Source: Camelus dromedarius (taxonomy: Eukaryota). From it: a stretch of 64,000 bases of DNA. Location: the NCBI RefSeq assembly GCF_036321535.1, contig NC_087437.1:47556001-47620000 (forward strand), read 5' to 3'. This document shows, in pieces, positions 41,343 to 55,189 of this stretch (positions are counted from its first letter, which is position 1; every line of letters starts with the position of its first letter). The position numbers were made by a program, and so were the translations under genes. Below the pieces are notes generated by a model. The model was not told where the DNA came from. It was given only the letters and a program-made list of their open reading frames with translations, and ran no database searches.

Positions 41343-41585
41343 TTAAGCATCAACGTAAGTAGGGTCCCAGGGGAGCCACCAGTCCCTGGTGCAGGCAGCC
41401 ATCAGAAGCACCTGCGTGTCCAGGGCTGCCACCTTGCAGTGCGGGCCGCCCACTCTCCTGGAGAGGTGGGAGGTCAGGGCCAGCCGGTCCTGGTGGCCCT
41501 GCAGGCTCCTGGCAAGGTGGAACAGTCCGTCCAGAAAGCTCAAGAAGACCCTGAGTGGTTTTCTGCAGCCAGGCCTTCTCCCCAT
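41343..41585 (-). CDS. Unannotated 80-aa ORF/uORF upstream of the beta-3a ATG
   Basis: Perfect Kozak GCCACCATGG; G/C at about 63 of 80 third codon positions vs about 41 of 80 second positions (hand count); ends 73 nt before the beta-3a ATG. Confidence 0.45.
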   Translation of the reverse strand: MGRRPGCRKPLRVFLSFLDGLFHLARSLQGHQDRLALTSHLSRRVGGPHCKVAALDTQVLLMAACTRDWWLPWDPTYVDA

Positions 41586-41727
41586 GGTGGCCCAGTGCCT
41601 GTGCCGCCCTATCACCTGGGTTCTGCTTCGGCGGCTGGTGCATCACCATAGAGACCTGAAGGCTGGTGGAAAGTTCTGAGGCCCAAGGGACCCTATTTAA
41701 CTGGTAAAGGACACATTCAATTCAAGG

Positions 41728-41737
41728 TTTATAAAAA
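41728..41737. promoter_or_regulatory. candidate TATA box (TTTATAAA palindrome, TATAAA on both strands)
   Basis: About 140 nt upstream of the Kozak ORF, at the edge of the GC-rich exon 1a region. Confidence 0.35.
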
Positions 41738-44700
41738 GAGGAAATGTTTTGTCCTGGTCACATTTCCTTTTTCACAAATTGTCTGTTAGAGTGTAAACTT
41801 AGAGGACGGGTTTTTCTGGTTAATAGCATGTTCTGATTAAAAGAGTCAGTTTCTATACCATACGTGAGTTCCCAAATTCTCAAGACTTAAAGGACTGTAA
41901 AATAACTCACCATTAAAACTATATCAAAGGTTTTCTTACACTGTATCAACTATTTTACCTTTTTTTGATCATTGAAAGACATCCGTGGGACCTTTCAATA
42001 CCACCGAATCATGAACATAAACTACTCCCAGCAGCTTACTGAACGAGGGTGGCAGACTGCTAGGTAGACTGCTTCTGCTGTACGTTTTCTAGTAAAGGTA
42101 ATATTATCTTGGTATTGTCCAAAGCATTGGGCATACATTCATCATGCATAATCTCATCTATACACATCATGTACATATAGTCACACTGACTGTTACCTAC
42201 AGCTGTATTAATATTGTATAATGAAAAAATATACTTACATACTTCTGATTTGTACTAATTTTCTATTAGAGTTATAGACTAGGTCCTTTGTAAATTATTT
42301 GTTTTTAATGAACTGATGCAATTTGGAATAAAAACTGATAGCAACAAGAATTTTTTTCCTTCTGCTTCCTACTTGTAACAGTCTCATAAAAATATAATAA
42401 CTTTCCTTTTACAGATTTTGATGTGCTAGTAGAATCCCCCGCAGTCTGGTGCATAACTCTCTTTGAAGAACTGAATGATTTGCTGCTATTTTTATGTGTT
42501 TGATTCAACCTCAGAAATACGGTGCTTTCTGAGCCCTTGAGACCCCCACTTGAATGTGTACTTGCCTCTCCTGGGGCTTCCTGGACTGTCCCATTTTATG
42601 ATTCGAATTCCACCTAAGTGAAAATACTCATGCAGAATCTTTAAAAATTCATCTTAAGAGGGTGTGAAGAGAGAAAGTGAGTTATTTTAAAGTGTTTTTA
42701 GTCCGAATTCAAAAGTTGCAATAGACTCAGACAGATTTATTCTGGGACCTGGACGATTCTGGGCCTAGATGTGTCCTAGGAGTGGCTGGCACAATTGGCC
42801 GTTTGAGGTTGACCTTAGACCTAGCCTGTGCTTGGTTTTTTCTTCCTTTTTAAATAGGTCCGTGACGGCGAGTGAGAAGGAGTAAAGTAACCTTGTACCT
42901 CGTGATTTTCTTCCTGGTGCCCCTTCACTTGGTAACTGAGCGGCCTCTGTCCACCAACACCAGATGACTCCCCTCCCACCCGTACAGCTAGTGCCCTCCA
43001 CACACATACTCCACTCAGGGCTCACAGCCTACCTCTCAGGAAGAGCCCAGAGCGGCTGGTATGAACTGCAATCCCAATGCATCCGCTCAGGAACACACAA
43101 GCCAAGACTGAAGGAGCGTGGTGAGAAGAGATACCAGGTGCATGGGGCTCCCCTGGACGTCGGGATCTCTGGTCCCCACTCTTGGTCCCTGAGACCCTCC
43201 CTGAGTCTCTAGCTTATTCTTTCCTCTCAGAGTTGCTGGAGATCACGTCTTACTCCACAAAAGCCATGAGTCAACTGCAAAGCCAGCCTCCCCCAGCTGG
43301 GCCCCTTCCCTCGCTGCGTCAGAGGCTTTGGGTACTGGATTCAAATCCGAGCTTTGTAACTTTAAGTAACCCTTTAAACATCCCCTGCCCTGGTTTTCCT
43401 TAGTGAAAAGAAAGTAAATAAAACTCAGTGTGAGTTGTATGAGTATGGTGAAACTTAATTAGTGCCCATAAACTGTTGCAACTGTTGAGAGATCTGGAGA
43501 TGAAAGGAGATGTTACTGCAAAATGCTGGCATCATGGATTCCTGGCTCCACAGTCATTTTCTTTTGCATTTAACAAATGCTCTACTCAAGGGAAAAGAGA
43601 ACTGTCTCTCCCTTTCACCATGCTGGAGAAACCACTTCCTCACACATTTTCATGTTCTCTCAATTACACACTATTATAGCTAAGAATTCTTTGGCAGCTG
43701 AAACTCCCCAGGTTCATGAGAACTATAACTCTCTTTTCAAATTTAGAGATGCACAAATCACTTGCAACAACCAAAAAAGTACACAACAGCCTACCTTCTT
43801 TGTGTGTCTCTGTGTATTTGTAGCAGAATAAATGAACCCCTAACTGAACACTCATCCTAGTATGGGTAGCTTTTGCTGAATTGAGAAACAATTTAAACTG
43901 TCAAAAGTAGTCATATCTGATCTTACACTCTCTTTGCAGGAAAAACAAACAAAGGAGTATGATCTCTGCCTCACACTTACAGAGTCTTGGATGGGAACTT
44001 CCTTTTTTCTTTGTCATGACTAACTCCAGCCATCTTTGCTCATCAAATGGACACTGACCCTATGATCTAGGCTCGTGTCAGAGAAACCAGTGTCACCCCC
44101 CTGTAGATGTTCTTCCTGCTCTGAAGTGATAATACTGATGACTAACATTTACTGAGCACTTACTATGAGCCAGGCACAGTTACAGGGCTTTACATGTATT
44201 AATTCATTTCTCGGGCACTTGTTCAAGAGCAGAGAGCTACACTGAGCTATATACAACCTCACAAGAGTCCCAGAACTGGGCCTATCCCAGCACAGAGAAA
44301 ATTCACTGGGTAACTGAAACAGAAACCAATGGGAACAATAGCTGAAATTGTTTGACTGGTCAAGAGCCCTGGATTTCTGGTCCTGTTTGACCCACCGTGA
44401 CCAAGTCTTCACCAGGAGGCACTGGTTACACACACATTTTACAGTGTTGTAAGTCAAGGTAATTATCTCTCCTCGAGTGGTACTTGATTTCAAGTGTGAC
44501 CTTCTATGCAATATAGACTCCCAAGCCCCATCTCCAGAATTCTGATCAAATAGTTGGGGTGAAGAACCCAGGAACATGCATTTTGAAGAGCTCCTCGTGT
44601 GATTCTAATACAGGTGGTCCTACATTCATACTTTGGAAAACCCCAAATTGTGTTATGGGTTTACCAGATCTTGGAGACCTGGCTTTTGGAAACTAAACAC

Positions 44701-45439
44701 TGTTTCTAGTCCCAGATCATATGACCTCTCTGGAACCAACTCATTCTTTTGTGTAATGTGGGGGTTGGAGCAGGTGTTTAATGTACTTTCCACCTTTAAG
44801 ATCCAATGAAGTATATGAAACCATAAGTTTGTTTGCAAGGAAAAGTTATCTCCTCTCCTGGAGTTACAATCACACAAGAACACCTTGCCTCCGCTGCTGA
44901 GTGATGGTGCTCACGTAGAAAGAAGAGAGCCCACCACCTGCCCTCATCCCACTTCTTCTGGACAAGTAGTGATAATTTAGGCACCCTGATCAACCCTGCT
45001 CCAGGCATTGCGCTCAGTGCCTTGGGAACATTATTTCCCTCAGTCCCATCACCCAAGGAGGCAGGTATTCACTCATTCTGCAGATGAGGACACAAAACCA
45101 CAGCAATAAGGGGCAGGTCCTGGACTCCAGGAGAGATCAGCTCATGCTCGTACTGGCAATAACCGTCTGCCTTCTCAGTCAGTGGCTTGGTACATGTGTC
45201 TTATTCTCAAGGCTTGCCCAGGAATGTTGGTGGTCAGGTCTTCATAGAGACAGGATGTTCATAAGTTTTGATAGGTCTGGGTATCTTTTTTACTTTTTGA
45301 TAAATTCTTGTTCCTGATTTGACAAGCCCTCATTTATTGGCAAGTGGTATCTGGTTATTAATTCTAATGCATCCTTTAAAATCATAGACCAACTCTGTTA
45401 ACAAGAACTCAAATAATCAGAATTTTCAATTAACTAAAA

Positions 45440-45471
45440 TTTGTTTTGTTTTGTTTTGTTTTGTTTTGTTT
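45440..45471. repeat. (TTTTG)n microsatellite
   Basis: About six perfect units. Confidence 0.9.
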
Positions 45472-46011
45472 CTGTTTCTGAGAAGACAATAAAATACAGG
45501 GAAATAAACCTTTATCAGACACGTAATTTTTTAAAATAAAGTTTCAGGAAAGTTCCTGGGTTAGTAGAGATTCAGGTAGCCTGTGCCTAGCTGGCTCCTG
45601 ACCCCACTGCACACACCTTTAAAGTCAGTTCCTCCTGAGCTGATCAAAAGCTTAGCTCCATGAGGTCTGCTGTATTCACCACTGTATCGCCAGCTCCCAG
45701 AACTGTGCCCAGGACAGATACTCACTAAATAGTTCCTGAATGATTGAATAAGCTAGATACTACCTCAAAAATTACTCTGTGTATGGCATTAAAGACAACC
45801 ACTTCCAACCAACTGGGGTAGGCTTGAAAGATGAAAACCTTTGGCTACCCCTGTCTAGAGCATCCATTTCTATCTACAGCCTTTCCACAGCGTGACGTAA
45901 AGTTCAAAACAGTGTTTGTGAGGATCTGCAAGATTCCTAGTCATTCTACCCAACAAACACTTAATGAGCTTCTCTTAGTGTAGAGTTCAATTATATTCAC
46001 TTATTCCCCAG

Positions 46012-46753
46012 CAGTGGTTCTCAAAGGGGATGGGGCCACCCCCTGGTGGACATTTTGGAAATCTGCAGGGTGTTTCTTGGTTGTCACCATGACTGGAGTA
46101 GACAGCCAGATGTGACAGATGTCCTGCACTTTGCAGGAAGGCCCCACACAACTAAGAATTGCCCTGAGTGCTGTGTAACTTTTCACATCTCACTGGACAT
46201 TCACATAGATGAAAAGCCTGTTATTAACGATCTGAGCTAAAACCAAACACCATTTTACATGTAAACAAAAAATATCTCGTATTTGAGTGCCTTTTGCCTT
46301 TTTCAATTTCACTAAATTTTCCAAAACGCATCTGCTGTGAAAACTGAGAGAAATGGGTACTTGTTTTGTTCAGAACTTTATCAAAAGTTCTTCAGCGTTT
46401 TAGAAAATTACATCACCATCAGCAAAGCTGTTCGTGGTGTTTGAATTGCCAATATACTAAGACACACAAATCAGCCAGTTTCCAGCTGTCATATCCACGG
46501 AGGGTATCCATACAGATGTCAGCATCTGTCCTTCACTGCACCACTGATGTGGTCATGCTGAAGTATTAACATGGAGAATTACATACTTAATGGTAACTTA
46601 CTTAACTTTAATTTCCCCTTTAATAATATAGTTAGGACATTATATTATTTTTAAATGTTTGTAGGTAGGTTATGTCATCCATGAATCTCATTTCAGAATA
46701 GCAAAATGTTTGCTATGAAGGGAGCATTAGGTCTGAAAGGATTCAATACACTC
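46012..46753 (+). mobile_element. MER20B-like hAT element
   Basis: Starts cagtggttctcaa; ttggttgtcaccatgactgg...cccacacaactaagaattgccc. Confidence 0.65.
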
Positions 46754-49419
46754 CCGTTCTCCTTGTTAAGAAAGTGGACAATTACGTTTCAGGAATTTTT
46801 TTTTAAGCTTGACTCAACACATTCTTTTCCAGGCTCTAGGATACAGTGTGCCAGCATCTTTCTTGGGCCAAATGGGACATGTCTACTCAAGTATATTCAT
46901 AGTGCCATCTCCACTGGCTCTTTCGGGAGAATAATTAGGTATCAGTGCACACACGCAAAGAGAAAGCCACACAATCCCTGCATGGAAAACATCCAGCCTT
47001 CTCCGAGTTTCTAAGTTCACAGCCCCTGAACAGGAGAGGTAAGCTGTGCTTTCTTCCCACCCCTGCGCCTCCACCGCCCTCAGTACCATCCTCAGGGCGA
47101 TGATCTCCTTGGACTTCTAGTACCTGCCACACAGTAGGCTTGAAATAAAAGGCTTGAATGAATAAGTGGCCAGGGAAGGTATTTTGTGCCAGAGATAATC
47201 CATAAAAAGAGAAGCAGGGAGGTGACATAGCAGGGAGGCTGCCTATATTTTTATCCAGATAGGAGGACTGGCACTGATTTCCTTTAACCAAAAATATGGC
47301 TTTTGTACATCAAACACTGTATACAATTCCCACCCTGCCTCTTTTTTTAGAGCAAGGCTTCTTACCTTGTTTTCCTCAGCTTCCCTCCTCCCTCCCAAAA
47401 TATCTCTGGTGCCACATCACCTCCATACCCGCCCAGCTGCTCCATTTTCCACCTGCCTTCGCACCCCACCCCCACCAAAAGGGGTCCTCTTCCTTCCCAA
47501 GAAACACTTTCAGCCTGTGCTTTGCTTCTTTCCCTTCTATCTTCTGCTGGATCTTGATCTATTTCCACTTTTATAATTTCAGTCTTCTGCTCCCTGGACC
47601 AAAATGTCCTGATCTACCCTATCTGCTTACACTGCACGAGGCACTATACTGAGTGCTGTGTGTGTGTGTGCAAGCATTCATGTGTGTGTGTTTGTGTAAA
47701 CCCTTCACACATTGTTTCATTTGATTTTCTCAGCCACTCTCTACGGCCACTAACATTATTCTTACCTTATAGTGAGGATCACAAAGTAAATGTTTTCTGC
47801 CATTTGGACAATAAAACTTGACTGTATCCCTCCACAGTCGAGAAGGCTTCATGGTTCCCTGTGCCAAAACTGCCACAGAATTAAAAGGGTGATCTGTGGA
47901 AAAACTGTCCTGTGGTCAGACGCATTTGGGAGATGCCCTGTGACCATGTCCAACATCAGGAAATGAAGAAAGCACCCAGCACACATTGCCCCGGGTAGTT
48001 TTGTTCAAACATAATAATGACTGTGAAGTCCTTAGCCTGATGTCTGGCTGACAGCATGGGCTGAAGGAATGTTAATTCTTGTTCTTATTAACTCTTACCC
48101 TGTAGCCTGTAACCCCGTCTCCCTTCTGGGATGTTCCTCACTTGTACACGCTTAACAAATCATTTGTAGCCATTGGCTTAACTCCTGCCTTCCTCATTGG
48201 CCTGTAAGTCCCATGAGCATGGGACCCTATGTACTATTCCCCCCTCATCCTGCCTCCCCATCACAGGATGGTGTACAGCACTTAAGAAATGTAGGTACCA
48301 ACCAAACAGTATTAATACAGACTTTTAAGTCAATGTTCACCAATTTTGGTTAACCATGAAACCCTTTTTACTATGCAAGAGCAATTATCATCCCACAGAA
48401 CAAGTATTCCTTCAAAGATGTTTTGGAAAATGCTGCTCTATAGGTTAAAATTCAAGTGCCCTACAGAGCCCAGAGATTGCTCTGATTTGGTCTTACACCA
48501 CGCCCTGTCCACACTTTCCCATCTTGTGTTCTTGCTGTTTCTCCTTGCCCCCATCCTTCATCTGACCAGCTTGTATTCACCCCCCCAAGACTTCTACTGT
48601 CCGTGGCCCCCACCAAATCAGACTGAAAGCATGTGCCGTCCTGTCTTGCACCGCCCTTTGAACTATTAGCTCCTCAAAGACAAGGACATTACTGTACTCA
48701 TCCTTGTCCTCAAGTCCTAGCACAATGTCTGCAATGTACTACACTATTTATAAATGCTTAGGGAATAAACAACTAATTTTTTTCACAATGAAAATTTCAT
48801 CTCAGGGATGACAGTACATAAAATCACAAATTGAATTATGTCTTTGGATCTCAAATCTGTGATAACCCAGTGGGCCGAGGGATGTACAGAATAAACCCAT
48901 GGATGAATTGAGAGTGAGCAGAATGAGCTGGCTAACCCTCATGTCGTGAGTCATTAAGCTACAGTGGGCGGGATGAGGTAGGTGCCCTCCCCAGCACAGA
49001 CGCTTTTATGACTAATGAGGCTGGTCTCTCAAGAGCTACTGACTGTAACTCAGGTTCGATGAAAACAGAGATGTTCAAGAGCTGAGACTGTCTCAGCCAT
49101 GACTGTGGAGTTATCTCCAGTGGGTCAGGACACAACTCCTTGAATTTCCATCCCAGGCTTGTGAATAGAAGCGTGTGACTGGAGGGTGGCTCAGATGAAT
49201 GGAATTTGACACAATAATGGTGATGTGAACTCTTTTGCACATGAATGGCCAAAGTTTCAAAGGCTTCTTTCTCTAGTGACGTGGTTTTTGGGTAAGTGGC
49301 TACTAATTAGTTAATTTTATTATTGTGTCACTAACCCTGACTTATCTCTTGCATATCAGATGTAGACATCTTACTTACTAACACGCTCACCAACTTGTAT
49401 ATTCCCACACAAATAACCA

Positions 49420-50330
49420 TGGAATTGAACTGTAACACTATGAGACATCAGGGATCCAAAGACAAACCCTTTAGAATTCCTGCTGGCCGAAAACTCACAG
49501 TCTAATCGGGGAGAAAGACAAGTGCGCAAACAAGCACACAGTGCTATGTGACAGGTGGGTAAGTAAAGGCTGAAAGACATGCTCCCAGAGCGAGGAAGAA
49601 GGGCTGCCTAGTACTGCTTTGGGCGTCAGGGCAAGGGAAGAATTCTGAGAGGACGATTCCGAGATGAATCTAGGGGTCTGCTTGACCAGGTGGACAGTTC
49701 TGGCAGAGGGACTTGGACAGCTCCAAGCAGACAGCCCTCCAATTCAGCCTGCACAAAATCCATCACATCTTCTTCTCCAGTATGGACCAGACGTGAGGAG
49801 AGCTCGGCAATCAAGAATCATTCCCTAACATTCCATGGGTAGTTCAGTGAGCATCCCCTGTGATGCAGGGCCTGCTCTGGGCCTTCCAGTGTAACACTGC
49901 GTCTAAGGGGGGAGGTTCCTGCCTTTCAGCTCTTACTCCAGTGAGGAGACAGATGAAAAGCAAGGACCCAGATAAAAGAATTCCAGATACATAGTGCGAT
50001 GAGGAAAGAGAAATTGGGTGGGGATGGGGATCGAGGAAGAGGTGGGATGAAGGCAGGCCACACTGAGTAGGAACACGACATTAAAGCTCAACCTGAATGG
50101 CAAGGAAAGGCCGACCAGGCCGGGGAGCAGAGCAGGGCCGCCAGCAGGGCAGCCAGGGCAAAGGCCCCGCGGTGGGGAGAGCCCGGTGAGCAAGGGGAAC
50201 AACAAGGGACCCGATGGCTCTGGCGGGGATACCCACGTGGGGAAGTGGCATCCAAGAGTCTTGGAAGAGGAAGCCCAGTGGCCCCAGCCACACAAATGGC
50301 CAAGCAAAGCAGTGCTCTGGGACATCCAGG
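49420..50330 (-). mobile_element. L2 fragments
   Basis: aactcacagtctaatcgggga, gctcaacctgaatggcaagg, cagggcagccagggcaaaggcccc. Confidence 0.45.
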
Positions 50331-51039
50331 CTATGGCCGATATTCAGGAGTCAAGGTGACAGACCATTACTGAAGGATATCTGTCCACGTGAGGTACGGC
50401 CCCACCCAACGTGCCAGAAGGTCGGACAGCCGGGGCTTGTGAAAGTTGAGCAGGACACCGAGGCCCAGCCGTGGCGCTGGCCCTGAAGCGGCACTGGAGT
50501 GCTAGGACTACGCAGGGGAGACCGATGTGCTAAAACTCTGGCCACTCAGATACCAGGCCTCATTCTCAGGGTCACAGAGACCTTCATCCAAATTGGCAGC
50601 AAAGGAACCCAAGTCCTGGAGGAACTGAGAGAAGACATAAAGGCCAGACCATCATAAAAGCTAACTCCAGCCAGACCACGGGATCTCAGGCCTAGAAGGA
50701 GCCTTAGAGGGGAGGCGGAGGGTAAAGGGGGTTGGTTTTTGCTGGGGAGTCATCACAAGTGGCTCAAGAACTGGGCGGGGGGGGGGGCGTACCTGAGAAG
50801 CTGGGCACCATCTCGGCCTGCGACCTCTGTCTTTCCTCACAGCAGCAGCATCCACCCCATCCTCACCTGAGCTGGAGGCTCAGTCACCTCCTCTCCCTCC
50901 ACCCACTGTCAGTGAGTCACTGTAGTCTGCTGCTTACTCCCCTGAACTCTCTCTTGAATCTGAGCCCTCCTCCTATTCACGATGAAACTGGGTTCGTTGA
51001 GTGTCTGTCTGACTGTCTGCCTGTCTCTCTCTCAGGGCA

Positions 51040-51240
51040 GAGGGGAAAAGGCAGGACTATGGAGGCAGCCTGGCTTGGAGGGCTGCCTCCTCTGGCTACT
51101 ACTAGCTGTGTGGTGTGGGGTCAGTTAACTGATATCTCTGTACCTTAGTTTCCTCGCCCGTAGAATGGGAATAGTTATTAACTCCAAGAGGTTGTTCTAA
51201 GGATTGGTGGAAGAACTCTGTAAAATCAAAAACACTCTGT
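51040..51240 (+). mobile_element. MIR SINE
   Basis: ctactagctgtgtg...ctctgtaccttagtttcctc..gtagaatggg. Confidence 0.7.
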
Positions 51241-51351
51241 AAATACAGGTTTTTGAAACCAGGGTAAACTTATGTTTCCTCAGGTCTCCATATAGTGTTA
51301 CATAAAAAATAAAACAAGTAAAACCTCCAAAGGTTTAAAACAATAAGTGCT

Positions 51352-51491
51352 GGGGAGGGTATGGTTCAGTGGTACAGCACATGCCTAGCAAGCACAGCAT
51401 CCTGGACTCAATTCCTAACACCCCTACCAAAAGTAATAAATAAATAGATAAAACTAATTACCTACCCCACCTCCAAAAAAAAAAAAAAAAA
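51352..51491 (+). mobile_element. tRNA-derived SINE, Vic-1-like (second copy)
   Basis: ggggagggtatggttcagtggta...aaataaatagataaaactaattacc plus poly(A); TSD aaaacaataagtg / aaaaccataaatg. Confidence 0.75.
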
Positions 51492-51529
51492 CCATAAATG
51501 TAAGCTTTTACGGAAGTCTCTTAATAGCT

Positions 51530-52140
51530 TTGTTTTAGCTAGCCAACTTCTCTCCAGTGCCCCAGTTTTCCTGAGGGCATCCCCCTCTCAGTTCGTGTCC
51601 TATTTCTCTATCTCCAGAGATGACACAGGGGACCCAGCCCTGGCCCATCAGAGCACCACATTCCCTTGGTCAGGTGTGTGACTCAAGAATGGCCATGTGA
51701 CTGAACTAGAGCCAACTGGACATAAAGGAACTTTTTTCTGGGGTTAGTATCTGCCATTTCCACCACACGGAGGAATGAGCTCAGTCCAGACTATCCAGTT
51801 CATATGTACCAGCCCCCGGTCACAGGGACTAGTTCAAAGATGAACACATGGCCCAAGCAGGCAATGTTGGGATAATGGAAGAGAAACCTATTTTCAATCA
51901 GGGATGTGAAGCTGGAGAGTATGGGGCTAGGGCTACTGTCACCCATCTTGCCTATGACACAAAGGGAACCTGCCTGTAAAACACACAAGGAAGAAAGTTG
52001 CCTAGATGATAATGTTTGAACCCTAGATCCAGCTGTGCCTGAAGCTAATCCACTCCTGGCTGCTTTTCCCTGTTGGATGAGTCAATAAACTCACTTTCTT
52101 GCTGAAGCTAGATAGAGTTGAGTTTCTGTCATTTGTCTCT
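51530..52140 (+). mobile_element. MLT1 (MaLR) LTR fragments
   Basis: ggccatgtgact..gccaa; ctagatccagctgtgcctgaagc; gagtcaataaa...gtttctgtcatttg. Confidence 0.65.
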
Positions 52141-55100
52141 GGAAAAAAGAATCAATTTCTAAGCCATTCAGATAAAAGGTATATTAGAGTAAGTATTTCT
52201 GTTTTCTGCTTTCCTTGACAGAACACCTGACCCAGTCACAAACGTATAAGGATGATGAAGAGCACTGTACCCATCAGCTTACCTACTTTAAATGCCTAAC
52301 GGTCCATGAGGGAGCAAATAGGCTAGAAAATCTTTGTGCCAATTATTAATGGAAGCCAATAACTATCCACCAATAATGGCAAAGGTAAATTATCAGACAT
52401 CGTTATTTTGGCCGCAAGGAAACAGGTCTCCCTTTTAAAAGGATGTATTACACCACGATTATTTCCAGAGCATGAAATTAGGTGCCTGGCTTTGCAGCCA
52501 CGTGGGCAGAAACGATTGGCAACTTAATGGATTACCCCATCTGGTTCATCCAGGCTGAAATATCTAGGCCATATTTCCTTGGCAAGTTAAAAAAAAAAAA
52601 AAAGGAAACCCCACAAGTCCTAAACCTGGACTGAATCCTAAGCACCAAATTCAATGATCTGTTTACCCTTTTCCAAATTGTGTTTTATAGCATGGGCTGT
52701 CAATTCTTACTAACCCTCTATTAACAAGCTCAATTTATTTCCATTTGCTCCTCAGGAAGAGGATTATAAAAGCTTGATTCCACAAACCTGGTATGTGCCC
52801 TGCTACACTCCCATTTTGGGTGAGGAAACTGAGGCAGGTGGGGTGAGGGGTCACGTGTAGGACAACAGCCCAATGGCCTGGGAAATTTGAGGGCAAAACA
52901 TATTCTCATGTCCTAACCCTTGGTACTGGGTCTCTTCCCATTTTCTCATGAAGTATCTTTTGTCTTCTGGGAAGCTGAGGATGTGTGAAGCCTCTTGCCA
53001 CAACATGAATTCTGCTATTACAGGAGACAGTTTTAAAATATATTAATGGATTTTCCTCTTTTGTGTCTTCCTGTGTGTGATCTCCTCTCTAGTCAGGCGG
53101 AGACACACAGCTCTCTGGGGTCCCTGAGCAGAGGGAAGAGGGGACAGGATTTTTACAGCAGGAAGGTCAAGAGAGAAGGACTCTATAATCAGTTTCTGAC
53201 ACCCAAGGATGTGACTCTGGGGTCCGCAGCAGCACAATGGATTTTGAAAGGCAGGGTTTGTCAGGAGAAAAGAATGTTCTACATGCCTTTATGCTCCTTT
53301 TTAGTAATCAAGAAGCAGATCAGGTGAACTCAGTTCTGGGCAGCTCAATTTCTTCAAAACCATAAGGAGGATGTGTTCTCCCCTAGAACGTGAGGCTGGC
53401 AGTGTGCGGAGAAAGGACCTGGGGGCAGTGACCCTCCCAGGCCACCCGGTGCCTGACACATGGTGTCATAACCATCTCTCCACCTGACCTGGAGAAACTC
53501 GGAGAGGCTTCCCCAGCCTGGCACCACTGGCACTCTGGGCTAGATTTCTCCTCACTGAAGTATGAGTTCAAGCAATCAGAAGAATCCAAGACAGGTAATC
53601 CACTCACAATCTCACTCCCTTCCCCACCACCACACTCCTAATTAGGAAAATGGAGCAATCCCTCCCCACTGTATTTACATATTGTGTATCTGTTTCTGGG
53701 TGATTTTGCTGCAGCTGTGCCCCAAACTCAGTGCTATTATATTCTGAAAATATAAACTTGGTTTCCTTTCCAGAGCCACAGCTGTGACATTGAAAATGAG
53801 GCCAGAAGGTCACTGAGTTGTTCCTCAGCATCGAGAGTGGGGGGAACGCGGGCCAAAGAGGCCTGCAGACCCAGGCAGCCCAGCAGACAGGACGCGGGGC
53901 ACCGCGCTCCCGACTCCTCCGCCTGTGGGCTCACCCCTCTAGAAGCTTTGCTCTTTGCACGAGAAACATGAGTAACATAAATTCTTTAAAACGGAAGTGC
54001 TTTCCTGGATGGAGTAGGAATCTCCTGATAATAGGATAACTGACTAGATGAAAAGATCCACAAATCAGGGAAATGGGTCAAATCAACTTAAAGTAGAAGG
54101 TAAAGCCAGTGTCATTCATTCCAAAAATCTTTGTTGAGCATCTACCACGTACTACCAGATGCCAGGATGAAAAATGTACAAGGCCAATTTACTAGCCTCC
54201 CACTTCACCCCATCCCCAGGCAGAGCCGCTGTGGAGGGGCTGTTGAGGCTGGGTACCGCACACCCGCAGGAGGCGCCATTCATGCCAGTGGTGCCCCTGA
54301 GAGTCTACAACTTTGCCAGAGGTGTTCATATTCCCACTGGTAACAATTATAAAGGGGTAACTCTGTGGAACAGGTGCGGGAATAAAGGTAGGGGTGAGGG
54401 GTTGTGGGAACCTGGTCAAGTAATGAGATGATGCTGCCCTTCCTGCTTGACAGCCTCAGCACGCCCATGTGAAGGGAGAAGCAGACCCAGGGTTTGGCTG
54501 CCTGTGGCATTCCTGCAGGCTGCGTTCCCGGGTGTCAGGAAGTGCTTTTGGAAAGCAAAGAATATCAGATCAAAGGCAGATTTCTTAGCTCCCAAAGCAC
54601 AGATCCTGGGCAGCAGTGAGGTGTGGCACTAACCTTAATGGGCAACAGCCCACGGGGCAGGTGACTCAAGAATCCACAAGCGCGCATTCTTCCTTTTGCC
54701 TTTTCTTCCCAGGAATACACAGCTTTATGGCTGATGTAAAGAGTGAAACCAACTGTTGGTCACATTTTTTTTTAATTCCTTTAGTGATTTCTCCCCATTT
54801 TCTAGAGAGGAAACAGTGCCAAGTTCCTCGGAGACTTTGGAGCATCTCTGCTCTTGCCGAAGGGGCTGTCAAATGACTTCAGCTGCCTTGGTTGACTCTC
54901 ACGGGACCCACAGAAGGATCCCACTTCAATCACCCATGGGGGCAACAAAACTGAAACTACTACCCTCTGAGTTAAAGTCACAAGTGAGAGTATTTTCTTT
55001 CCTGATTTATATTATAATTCTTTGCTTTAAGCATAAAAGTATATTACACAGATATCAAAGAAATAAACTCACCCTAACAGAAATCACGCAAGAGATGAAA

Positions 55101-55189
55101 AGCTACTTCAAAAAAGACTAGTTTATGTGTTTGTTAAATAATAATAATTGAATAATAGCTTTAAATAAATATTACAAGAACAAAATAAG

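Noticed and set aside
41350..41679. Other overlapping ORFs in exon 1a (99 aa on -, 96 and 70 aa on +)
   Set aside because: Weaker or non-ATG starts; best explained as shadows of the GC-rich 80-aa frame, although the 99-aa ATG could still act as a uORF
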